A stretch of DNA of 64,000 nt from NCBI GenBank assembly GCA_016203115.1, contig JACQNJ010000019.1, positions 724-64,723 of the forward strand, given 5' to 3'. The notes below the pieces were generated by a model. That model was not told the origin of the DNA and ran no database searches. It worked only from the letters and a program-made list of their open reading frames with translations. Source of the stretch: Candidatus Woesearchaeota archaeon. GTDB taxonomy: Archaea; Nanobdellota; Nanobdellia; SCGC-AAA011-G17; GW2011-AR20. The translations under genes were made by a program, and so were the position numbers. Shown in pieces: positions 1-8,146 of the stretch. How positions within the stretch are numbered: the first letter of the stretch is position 1; every line of letters starts with the position of its first letter.

Positions 1-77
1 TTTCCTTAAAATCTCTTCAAGAAGATATAAACTAGAATTCGTTAAGCTTTTATATTTTCAAAAATAATCAATAATCT

Positions 78-542
78 ATGGCAGATATAAACATAGAAGA
101 AGAATTTAAAAAATTGAAGTATAATCTACCAGATTTTAGAAAATTAGATGAAGAATTTGAAATCTCCAATATTCAAGGATTAGAAGACAAAAGATTTTTA
201 TCAAGATTCATAAGAAGAAAAGTAAATGAAAAAGTAATTTTTTTCTGCAGGATAATAGAAAGCATTCTTTATCCTCAATCTCCTAATTACATAAGTATGG
301 TTGAATCTAGGATTTTTACAGAAGAAGAAAAGCAAGAAATATCAGAGTTATACAAAAGGCTTATGCATTACGAAAAAGAGTCTTTAATCCTAGATATAGA
401 ATCAGATGATAAAGCATCAGCTAGGTATATCAATGAAGTATTCAATAGTTGGCCAGAAATAAAAAAAGAAATGGTAGTTATAACAAAAAAAATGCAAAAA
501 GCATGGAATGAAAAAGAAAAAATAGAGAGTTACACATTTTAA
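78..542 (+). CDS. hypothetical protein (154 aa), K/E-rich
   Basis: ATG-initiated ORF with lineage-typical codon usage. No recognisable motif. Confidence 0.5.
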   Translation: MADINIEEEFKKLKYNLPDFRKLDEEFEISNIQGLEDKRFLSRFIRRKVNEKVIFFCRIIESILYPQSPNYISMVESRIFTEEEKQEISELYKRLMHYEKESLILDIESDDKASARYINEVFNSWPEIKKEMVVITKKMQKAWNEKEKIESYTF

Positions 543-549
543 AAAAGAG

Positions 550-1104
550 ATGAAAAAAGTAATAGCTGTATTAGGCCCGCCAGGAGCAGGAAAAGACACC
601 CAATGTAAGCTTATTTCTAGAAAGTACAAGACAAAAATTGTTTCCATAGGAAAAATCTTAAGAAAAGAAATAAAAAAGAAAACAAGAACAGGTAAAAAAA
701 TTCAGGAATTAATGAAAAAAGGGGACTTAATTCCGGATTATATTGTAAAATCAATAATAAACAAAGAAATAAAAAATAGTGAATTCTCAATAATTCTAGA
801 CGGTTCCCCAAGAGACTTAACACAGGTGAAAATGTTAGATAAGATAAACTTAGTAATCTTCCTAAACTGCACAAAAAAAGAAATTACCAAAAGATTGCTA
901 AAAAGAGCAAAAATAGAGCATAGGGTAGATGACACCAAAAAAGTAATCGAGCATAGATGGAAAATATATGAAAAGCTGACAAAGCCAGTAATCAATTTTT
1001 ACAAAAAAAGGAAGCTTCTCAGAGAGGTAAATGGCAATCCTTCAATAAACCTGGTTTTTAGGCAAATCTCTCCTATAATAAAAAAAGTATTAAGTGAAGA
1101 ATGA
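550..1104 (+). CDS. adenylate kinase-like nucleoside monophosphate kinase
   Basis: N-terminal P-loop GPPGAGKDTQ matches the NMP kinase signature GxPGxGKGTQ. Length 184 aa. Confidence 0.6.
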   Translation: MKKVIAVLGPPGAGKDTQCKLISRKYKTKIVSIGKILRKEIKKKTRTGKKIQELMKKGDLIPDYIVKSIINKEIKNSEFSIILDGSPRDLTQVKMLDKINLVIFLNCTKKEITKRLLKRAKIEHRVDDTKKVIEHRWKIYEKLTKPVINFYKKRKLLREVNGNPSINLVFRQISPIIKKVLSEE

Positions 1105-1140
1105 TAATCTTTATATAGAAAAGAGCTTAAATAAAAGACA

Positions 1141-1764
1141 ATGGGATTTTTCGATTATTTAAAGAGCATATTAAAAATATTTCAGATAAAGAAAACTGTA
1201 AGGCTGGGCTTATATGGTCCTGTAAACGCAGGCAAATCTTCTCTAGCAAATAAGATTTCTTTGGATTGGTTAGGAGAAGAGATGTCTGAAGTATCGAAAA
1301 TTCCCCACGAAACAAGAGAGATCAAAGTAAAAGAAAAAGTAAAGATAAGATCAAGCGGAAAAGAGCTTGACTTTAATTTGATAGACACACCAGGAATAGC
1401 CACAAAAGTAGATTATGAAGATTTCTTAAAGTATAAATTATCAAAGTCAGAAGCGAAAAAAAGGGCAAAAGAAGCCACGCAGGGAGTCATAGAAGCTATT
1501 AAATGGCTGGAAAACGTTGATTGCGTTCTTGTTGTCCTAGACGCAACAGAAAACCCATATGACCAGGTAAATGTAACGATTATAGGGAACTTAGCAGCTC
1601 GTAATATCCCAGTGCTAATAGTCGCAAATAAAATAGATCTCAAAAGTGCAAACATCAAGAGAATAGAATCTGCTTTTCCACAGTACAACGTGGTGGGAGT
1701 TTCAGCATTAAAGGGGACAAATATAGAGAATTTCTACAAGGAGTTATTCAGAACAGTTAGATAA
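1141..1764 (+). CDS. small GTP-binding protein
   Basis: G1 motif GPVNAGKSS, G3 DTPG and G4 NKID are all present. Confidence 0.7.
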   Translation: MGFFDYLKSILKIFQIKKTVRLGLYGPVNAGKSSLANKISLDWLGEEMSEVSKIPHETREIKVKEKVKIRSSGKELDFNLIDTPGIATKVDYEDFLKYKLSKSEAKKRAKEATQGVIEAIKWLENVDCVLVVLDATENPYDQVNVTIIGNLAARNIPVLIVANKIDLKSANIKRIESAFPQYNVVGVSALKGTNIENFYKELFRTVR

Positions 1765-1765
1765 G

Positions 1766-2137
1766 ATGTTAAGACTGCAAATCATACCACATAGCGAAGT
1801 AGCAAATTTGACAAGTGAGAGCAAAATATCAAAAGTACTGAGAATTGCAAAAAACAATAGAATTATTTTGCTAGAAGGAAGACTGTCCCCGGAAGAAGAA
1901 ACTTTATTGATTGAAAGGACTATGAGTAACATTGACAGAAGGTTCAAAGGCATAGAAATATGTTCTATAGGGGATTCTGAAACAAGGGACCTTGTAAAAA
2001 GAATAAAAAGGGGTTTAGCCCAATTTTTGCTTGGCGTAGGAGCATCAGGCATGACAATAATAGGCCCAGCATCTATAATAAAAGAAATCAAGAGAGATCC
2101 TGATAAAATAGAATTATTGACGAAAAACGTAAAATAA
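1766..2137 (+). CDS. conserved archaeal protein (DUF2073-like)
   Basis: ORF immediately follows the GTPase with a 1-nt gap, so it is operonic. No catalytic motif; assignment is by recollection of the family. Confidence 0.45.
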   Translation: MLRLQIIPHSEVANLTSESKISKVLRIAKNNRIILLEGRLSPEEETLLIERTMSNIDRRFKGIEICSIGDSETRDLVKRIKRGLAQFLLGVGASGMTIIGPASIIKEIKRDPDKIELLTKNVK

Positions 2138-2138
2138 A

Positions 2139-2522
2139 ATGCCACATATCTGTGTCCGATGCAATAGGTTTCATGAAGATGGTTCTGCTAAGCTACTGAC
2201 AGGATGCGACTGTGGTGGAAAATTCTTTTTCTATGTAAAATCAACAGATGTTGATACAGCAAAGAGTATTGCCTCAGAGATTCCTGAAGAAGAAAAAATA
2301 CAGATGGAAAAGGATGTCTTTGAAATGGTTGGCATAGACAACAAATCCAAGCCAGTCATTCTTGATCTCGAAAGCATTAGAGTGACAAAACCAGGCCAAT
2401 ATGAGATAAGTTTAGTCGATTTATTTTCTGGCAAACCTCTAGTTTTTAGAATTGGCGAAGGAAAATACATCATAGACCTGGCAGGGACATTTAGTAAAAA
2501 AAATGGTAAAAAAGAAAAATAG
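2139..2522 (+). CDS. Zn-ribbon containing protein
   Basis: N-terminal Cys cluster CVRCNRF...CDCGG. Third gene of the GTPase operon. Confidence 0.55.
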   Translation: MPHICVRCNRFHEDGSAKLLTGCDCGGKFFFYVKSTDVDTAKSIASEIPEEEKIQMEKDVFEMVGIDNKSKPVILDLESIRVTKPGQYEISLVDLFSGKPLVFRIGEGKYIIDLAGTFSKKNGKKEK

Positions 2523-2919
2523 TTTAGAAGAGCTATGGAAAAAGAGGTTAACGCCAAAACAGTTTAGAATATTAAGAAAAAAAGGAACAGAGCTGCCATT
2601 CACTGGAAAATACTATCTAAATAAAAAAGAGGGGATTTATATGTGTGCAGCCTGCAAAAATCCATTGTTTAGTTCTGAAAAAAAATTTACCTCAATGTCT
2701 GGCTGGCCAAGCTTCTATGATTCTTTAAATAAAAAAAATATTAAATTAAAAGAAGACACAAGTTTAGGTATGAAAAGGGTTGAAGTAGTCTGCTCTAAAT
2801 GCAATAGCCATCTAGGTCATTTATTTGATGATGGTCCTAAGCCAACAGGGTTAAGATACTGCATTAATTCTGCAGCTTTGAAATTTAAGAAAAAAAATGC
2901 CATACAAAAGGAATTGTGA
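2503..2919 (+). CDS. msrB: peptide methionine sulfoxide reductase MsrB
   Basis: GWPSF and RYCINSAAL motifs, plus two CxxC zinc pairs typical of SelR/MsrB. Confidence 0.85.
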   Translation: MVKKKNSLEELWKKRLTPKQFRILRKKGTELPFTGKYYLNKKEGIYMCAACKNPLFSSEKKFTSMSGWPSFYDSLNKKNIKLKEDTSLGMKRVEVVCSKCNSHLGHLFDDGPKPTGLRYCINSAALKFKKKNAIQKEL

Positions 2920-3024
2920 TAAATGTGGAGAAGAGATAGAGTTACAATATAGGCCCATAGAAGGTCTACAGTCTATTGTAAAAGATGTTTTATAGTTGTA
3001 ACTGAAGAAGAAATCGAATCAATA

Positions 3025-3243
3025 GTGGAATCTTTTAATAAGATTACGAATGAGGAAAAGTTAAAAGAGGCAATTGAATTTTTAGCATTTAGAGAAAACC
3101 AGTTAATAATTACTCCAACTTTTAAAAACATTAGAGATTTAGTAAGAAAAATAATAAACCAAAAGATCAAAAGAAAAGACAAAAAAGATGAAATATTAAG
3201 GCTATTAAGAGTTGAAGAGGTAAAAAGGAGAATAGTAGATTAA
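3025..3243 (+). CDS. hypothetical small basic protein (72 aa)
   Basis: ORF only. Confidence 0.3.
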   Translation: MESFNKITNEEKLKEAIEFLAFRENQLIITPTFKNIRDLVRKIINQKIKRKDKKDEILRLLRVEEVKRRIVD

Positions 3244-3307
3244 TTCTTAAAAAATTCTAATCATTTCAACAAAATATTTAGTAACTCTAAATTTTTTATC
3301 TATTTGC

Positions 3308-3736
3308 TCATGCTACCTGTTTTTTATTTATTTTCTTAAGAGAAATTTTTTCTTCAGTCTCATTAAAAGTAACAATAAATTCATTAAAAAATCCAGATCT
3401 TCCAAGAAGTATTGGAAAATCATATTTCCCTAGAATAACCATAACGGGAATTTTAAAGTTATAATGCTCATGGTCTTTTTCTATGGTTATACCAAGGGAA
3501 GTTCTAACAGATTCAACCTTACCTCCCAATCCATAAGCCGAACTTTTATTTTTATTTAAGTCTAAACCAAGAATTTCAGCAACATCTTTTGGAATAGCAG
3601 ATACATCGGCTCCAGAGTCCAAAAGGGCCACAGTCTCAAATTTTTCTTTGTGGTTGAGCATTATTGGTATAGAAGGGCTTTTAATCAAAGTCCCATCTGG
3701 TCTTTTAACTGATTTATATCTAAAATGCATTGTCAT
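3308..3736 (-). CDS. retropepsin-like aspartic protease (clan AA)
   Basis: LLDSGADVSAIP contains the D-S-G-A catalytic motif. Length 142 aa. Confidence 0.7.
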   Translation of the reverse strand: MTMHFRYKSVKRPDGTLIKSPSIPIMLNHKEKFETVALLDSGADVSAIPKDVAEILGLDLNKNKSSAYGLGGKVESVRTSLGITIEKDHEHYNFKIPVMVILGKYDFPILLGRSGFFNEFIVTFNETEEKISLKKINKKQVA

Positions 3737-3939
3737 CTTATAAACAGAAATATCATAGTCTCTTTTTCAGGGACCCTAGTAACTAAAGGTTTTTCTTTAG
3801 GGTATTTCTCCCTAGCTTGTTTAAATACTTCTTTCACATTACTACCATGTGCCACAATTTGGTTTTTACAGATGGCTATCCATTCCCCGATGTAGGCATC
3901 AAGATTTTCTTTAATAAAAAATTGATAATTTAAGCTCAT
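3733..3939 (-). CDS. small protein partnered with a retropepsin-like protease (68 aa)
   Basis: Its stop overlaps the downstream start (ATGA, plus strand 3733-3736), which implies translational coupling. Confidence 0.5.
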   Translation of the reverse strand: MSLNYQFFIKENLDAYIGEWIAICKNQIVAHGSNVKEVFKQAREKYPKEKPLVTRVPEKETMIFLFIR

Positions 3940-3974
3940 ACATTACATAACAGAAAAAGACTATATAAGTTTTT

Positions 3975-5846
3975 CTAACAATCTTTAAAAAACTCATTAA
4001 TCATTTCAACAGGAGTCTTAGTTACCCTAAAATGTTTGTCTTTTGGAAAGCACTTAAAATAATTGTCCCATTTGTATCTTTCATCTAAAAAAACCATGAC
4101 CCCTTTGTCATTCTCGCTTCTTATGCATCGTCCTGCATTTTGTATAGTTGTGATAATAGCAGGATAAATGTACCCATAGTCCCATCCTTTTTGAAATCTT
4201 TTATCATAATAAGCAATTAATTCTTTTGTTTCTAAATCCGGTCTGTTTAAGGGAATTCCAACAATGAGAACAGCTTTCAAAAAGTCCCCTATTAAATCTA
4301 TTCCCTCCCCAAAGCTCCCATTGCTAACTGCCAACAAAACAGCACCTTGATCCTTATAGCTTTTAAACTTCTCAAGCAGTTCATCTCTTTCTTTTTTCTT
4401 CATTTCTCTCTGCTCTAAAAAAGTAGTTTTCTTACACCACTTTTCAAAAAAAGGATTAATCTCATCTCTTAGTTTATAGCTTGGAAAAAAGACAATTGAA
4501 TTTCCAGGAACAGCATTAACTAAGCATGCAGCTTTTAGAGCAATTTTCTTGTACATTTCTTCGCTTCTAACATTAAACTTAGTGGTTACTCCTGGAACAA
4601 TTAAATGCAATTGATTCTTCTTAGGAAACGGGCTGTCATATTCTAATAGCTCAACATTATCAAATCCTAATAGATCCTTATACATCCCCAAGGGGGTTAA
4701 TGTTCCGCTCATACCAACAACAATATAGCTACTTTCAATAATCTCTTTAGTAATCAAACTAGGGTCTAAACATTTATACTTCAAAGTTATGATTAGCTTA
4801 CCATCATCGCCAAATCCCTTGGTTAAAATCCTAGTAAACCCATAATCTTGTCCTTTCCAATGCTCCAAAAAATTTGCAACACCTAAGGCAAAGCTTTTTT
4901 TCTTTTCTTCAATAACTTCATCAGAAAATTCTTTCAAATCCAGAATCAAAGAGTCATAATCATCAATTTTAGATGTAAACTCTTCTTTTTTTAAAAGGCA
5001 TTCTTGTTCTTCAAAAGGGATGTCTTTTGAGAGTTCTACTAGTAACATTCCAATCTGAGCCAAAGACTCTTTCAATCCATCTGCAGCATTAAATTGATCC
5101 GCTTCCCTTAAGGCATAGTCAAGAGTTCTTGTAGTAATCCTATCTGTTAATAATTTCCTGCATCTCTCAGGTAGATTATGGCATTCATCAAACACAATTA
5201 TAGCTTTATCTAATCCTTTATTGAATCTTGAAAGAATATTTTTTCTAATATTCGGATTTAAAATATGATAATAATCCATAACAACAACTTTTGCCTTTTG
5301 CGCTAAAACAGCAGACATCTCAAAAGGGCAGAAATGTTCCCGAGACATTTGAGAAACAACATCCTGCACATGCAGGGGTCCAACCTGTAAAACTTCATTA
5401 AGAAGCTTGTCTTTTTTTGGATTTAGTCTGTTATCCTTAAAATTTTCATAATAAATGCAGCTTCCTTTTTCAGTTAACTCTTTACAAAATTCTCCAAATT
5501 CATTTGAACTTAAAATATCAATCCCAGATTGAGCACACATTCCTTTTTTACCTATAAAATCAACAGCTACAATATCTTTCCTAATTTTTTTTTTAACCAG
5601 CCTTAAAGTATCAATGACAATTTTATGTTGCATATGCCTTGGTGTTAAAAAAAACACAGTTAAATCATTCTTAGAAGCATAATTCAATAAAGGGCTTAAA
5701 ACACTTACAGTCTTGCCTATACCTGTAGGCGCATGTATAAGCGCATGTTTTCTTCTTTTTGCGCAATCGCTTATTCTATTAATAAAATCCTCCTGAGAAA
5801 CTCTAAGTTCATCATAAGGAAAGAAAAATTCTTCTTTATCTATCAT
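3975..5846 (-). CDS. XPD/Rad3-family DEAH-box DNA helicase
   Basis: Walker A TGIGKT and DEAH box DECHN. Four Cys residues in an FeS-domain position. Length 623 aa. Confidence 0.85.
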   Translation of the reverse strand: MIDKEEFFFPYDELRVSQEDFINRISDCAKRRKHALIHAPTGIGKTVSVLSPLLNYASKNDLTVFFLTPRHMQHKIVIDTLRLVKKKIRKDIVAVDFIGKKGMCAQSGIDILSSNEFGEFCKELTEKGSCIYYENFKDNRLNPKKDKLLNEVLQVGPLHVQDVVSQMSREHFCPFEMSAVLAQKAKVVVMDYYHILNPNIRKNILSRFNKGLDKAIIVFDECHNLPERCRKLLTDRITTRTLDYALREADQFNAADGLKESLAQIGMLLVELSKDIPFEEQECLLKKEEFTSKIDDYDSLILDLKEFSDEVIEEKKKSFALGVANFLEHWKGQDYGFTRILTKGFGDDGKLIITLKYKCLDPSLITKEIIESSYIVVGMSGTLTPLGMYKDLLGFDNVELLEYDSPFPKKNQLHLIVPGVTTKFNVRSEEMYKKIALKAACLVNAVPGNSIVFFPSYKLRDEINPFFEKWCKKTTFLEQREMKKKERDELLEKFKSYKDQGAVLLAVSNGSFGEGIDLIGDFLKAVLIVGIPLNRPDLETKELIAYYDKRFQKGWDYGYIYPAIITTIQNAGRCIRSENDKGVMVFLDERYKWDNYFKCFPKDKHFRVTKTPVEMINEFFKDC

Positions 5847-5890
5847 ATTTGCTTCTAAATATTAGAATTTATATTATTATCTTATATAGA

Positions 5891-5905
5891 AAAGTATTAA
5901 TAAAG
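5891..5905 (+). promoter_or_regulatory. TATA-like box upstream of tRNA-Trp
   Basis: AAAGTATTAATAAAG sits about 25-38 nt upstream of the tRNA 5' end. Confidence 0.3.
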
Positions 5906-5928
5906 AAAAACAGTCAAAATTTTATAGA

Positions 5929-6015
5929 GGGAGCGTAGTACAGCCCGGTTTAGTATTGCCGGCTCCAGTGTTTTGGAGTCACCGGTAGACGCAGGTTCAA
6001 ATCCTGCCGTTCCCA
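5929..6015 (+). tRNA. tRNA-Trp (CCA) with a 12-nt intron at 37/38
   Basis: Acceptor stem GGGAGCG/CGTTCCC with discriminator A73. D-stem GTAC/GTAT. Anticodon stem GCCGG/CCGGT. Loop CTCCAG[TGTTTTGGAGTC]A; the intron TGGAG pairs with exon CTCCA (BHB-like). T-arm GCAGG-TTCAAAT-CCTGC. No encoded CCA. Confidence 0.85.
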
Positions 6016-6190
6016 ATCTTTTTCAAAAGCTTTTTAATATTTACTACTAAATTATTACTTAAATAAACTATCGTATAATAGTAAAAAAAGAAAGATTTAA
6101 AAAGCCCTGAAAAAAGTCCTAAAAGATGAGTAATATTCACAATCAAACAAAAAGATATGAAATTCTTAATCAAGATATTCAAATCATAAA

Positions 6191-6199
6191 GGGGGAGCA
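6191..6199 (+). promoter_or_regulatory. Shine-Dalgarno (AAGGGGGAG)
   Basis: G-rich RBS 6 nt upstream of the ATG at 6205. Similar GGGGG RBSs precede the ORFs at 7166 and 10130. Confidence 0.5.
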
Positions 6200-6204
6200 A
6201 TAAA

Positions 6205-7149
6205 ATGAGCGTATTCTCAAGATTTAAGGGTATTTTCAAAAAGGAAGATGAAATTGATCTAGAGGGAGAAATACCAGTAGATGAAGAGGGAGATGTCGAT
6301 GAACAAGATAAGGAAGAGGGAGATGTCGATGAAAGATATTGGGAAAGAGGAAAGATGCTTTCAGGAATAGGAGCAGTAATAGGAGGAGTAGCTCTAGCAA
6401 CTATAGCAGCACTAGAATTTTGGCCGAAAGACAGAGTATTAGAACAAGGAACTCAAGGGATAGGATCCCTTCCTCCAAAAGAGAGAGTTGCATATTTAGA
6501 TAGTTTAGTAGATCGACAAGGGTATACGTCTACTGTAAATGCTATTAATGAACTATTAAGAGCAGGCACGTTAGCCTGGAACAATGGATTCGCTCTTCCA
6601 TCAACAGCTATAGATTCATTAACTACTAGGTTAAGTAGAGCTCAAAAAGAATTAACTCAAAACCAAAGAAGATTAGCTTATATCGATAGCTCATTAGTAG
6701 CAAATGGGTTTAGTACATATGCAATAGACAGGGTATTTGAAGCGCTTGAGGCAAAAAGTAGAGCTACACCTAGCGGAAAGGAGTTAGAAATAGCATACGC
6801 TCAAGGTGCAAGAACAGGCTTAGAATCTGCATTCGCTCTCATCTCTCAAAAAGCAAAAGAACTTGATTACACTAGTATGGTAGAGCCTGGAATAATAAAG
6901 TTCAGGGCAGTAAGAAGAAATCGACCTTTAACAACAAGAGAAAATGAAACAGCAATTCGAGAACAAAGGGATCTTGATTACTCTGTAGGAAGGTTAGAAG
7001 GGTTTGGTGTAAGAGAAGGAGATATTACCGATTATATTGCAGGAAAAATCGAGATACTCGTGACAATGACACCAGTAAGCGGAACTCCTTCACAAGTTAG
7101 CGTCAGAGATAATAAAGGAAAAAACATAACAACTTACAATCTAAGGTAA
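6205..7149 (+). CDS. hypothetical membrane-associated protein with an acidic N-terminus
   Basis: Duplicated EEGDVDE motif, then one predicted TM segment (GIGAVIGGVALATIAALEFW). Composition is atypical (low K, more R/A/G). Confidence 0.6.
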   Translation: MSVFSRFKGIFKKEDEIDLEGEIPVDEEGDVDEQDKEEGDVDERYWERGKMLSGIGAVIGGVALATIAALEFWPKDRVLEQGTQGIGSLPPKERVAYLDSLVDRQGYTSTVNAINELLRAGTLAWNNGFALPSTAIDSLTTRLSRAQKELTQNQRRLAYIDSSLVANGFSTYAIDRVFEALEAKSRATPSGKELEIAYAQGARTGLESAFALISQKAKELDYTSMVEPGIIKFRAVRRNRPLTTRENETAIREQRDLDYSVGRLEGFGVREGDITDYIAGKIEILVTMTPVSGTPSQVSVRDNKGKNITTYNLR

Positions 7150-7165
7150 TTAGGGGGAAATAAAA

Positions 7166-8143
7166 ATGAAAAGTATGAGATATATTTTAGCAGTTTTGAC
7201 TGCAGCATCACACGCTCTAGCTACTCCAGAAGTCATAGGAAATCAATTTCGATTATTCAATCAAGAAGGAGTGAGATTTGTAGCTGAAGATATAAGCAGG
7301 GTATTGGCTACAAGATATAATGGTAGTCCTGCAAAGATATCAGAAGAACTACAAAGTTACCTCTTAGGAAGTTTAGCCCAGTTAAAACCAACAAAAAGTC
7401 CATTAGAAACAGTTTTATGGCAATTTTCTATCGAAGGACAATCAGGGAGTTCAGACTCTTTGAATGTAGGTCTAAACGCAGCAATTCAAGACAGCACTGT
7501 GCTAACTACTAAAGCTAGGTTAGGTATACATCCAGACACAACTCTTGTTGAGAGAACAACAACCGATACAATTAAAGAAACAAGATATGCTGAAAAACCA
7601 GAAACTTCTCCTCTCTCAATAACAGGAGTTAGGTTTGGATTGTCATATGGCATTGTATCGCCAGAAATAGGATTAGTAATAGGAAACAGGCTAGTCGTAT
7701 CCGGTTCTCCTTATAATCTGCCAAGTTCAAGGAACCCAGAAGCAGTAACAACATACACATCTCAAGATCCTGTTCTAGGAACAAGATATGAAACATCAGC
7801 AGATACAAATAGAGTGGCAACACGCATAAAAAGCTTGTCAATGGGAGTGCTAATCCCAATTAAAGATTTAGAACTCACAGTAGGAGGAGGAATCCACTGG
7901 GAAGAAAAAGAAGTAAGAGGATATGCAAAAACACAAAAAGTAGACAGAAATGATGTTCCATTAATTCACGCACAAGCAAGAGAAGGACCATTTAATTCAA
8001 GAAAAAGTTCTAGAAACCCAATGGGAAATCTAGGACTGGATTACAAGATAAAGGAAAAAAATGCTATGGGATTCTATTACCAAAGAGTGCTAGGAAATAA
8101 TGGAAAAAATGGAGCAGGAGTAAACTACAGGAGAACTTTCTAA
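7166..8143 (+). CDS. secreted hypothetical protein (325 aa) with a signal peptide
   Basis: Signal peptide MKSMRYILAVLTAASHALA. S/T/G/R-rich and K-poor. Ends ...GVNYRRTF. Confidence 0.6.
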   Translation: MKSMRYILAVLTAASHALATPEVIGNQFRLFNQEGVRFVAEDISRVLATRYNGSPAKISEELQSYLLGSLAQLKPTKSPLETVLWQFSIEGQSGSSDSLNVGLNAAIQDSTVLTTKARLGIHPDTTLVERTTTDTIKETRYAEKPETSPLSITGVRFGLSYGIVSPEIGLVIGNRLVVSGSPYNLPSSRNPEAVTTYTSQDPVLGTRYETSADTNRVATRIKSLSMGVLIPIKDLELTVGGGIHWEEKEVRGYAKTQKVDRNDVPLIHAQAREGPFNSRKSSRNPMGNLGLDYKIKEKNAMGFYYQRVLGNNGKNGAGVNYRRTF

Positions 8144-8146
8144 AAA

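Noticed and set aside
417-995. Antisense and overlapping ORFs from the six-frame track (e.g. 417-647, 617-874, 738-995, and similar ones throughout, such as 15949-16287 and 55243-55776)
   Set aside because: These are shadow ORFs within well-supported genes on the opposite strand. They have low-complexity F/L/I/S-rich translations typical of AT-rich DNA.
6277-6330. Direct repeat GAGGGAGATGTCGATGAA occurring twice, checked as a possible CRISPR or tandem repeat
   Set aside because: It is an in-frame duplication encoding EEGDVDE inside CDS 6205. There are no spacer/repeat periodicity and no cas genes. No CRISPR array exists anywhere in the window.
7166-8143. Calling the secreted protein a bona fide outer-membrane beta-barrel
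   Set aside because: Only the C-terminal ...NYRRTF and a beta-like composition are suggestive. Position -3 is Arg rather than an aromatic or hydrophobic residue, and an OM is not expected here. It is kept as a hypothesis in the findings only.
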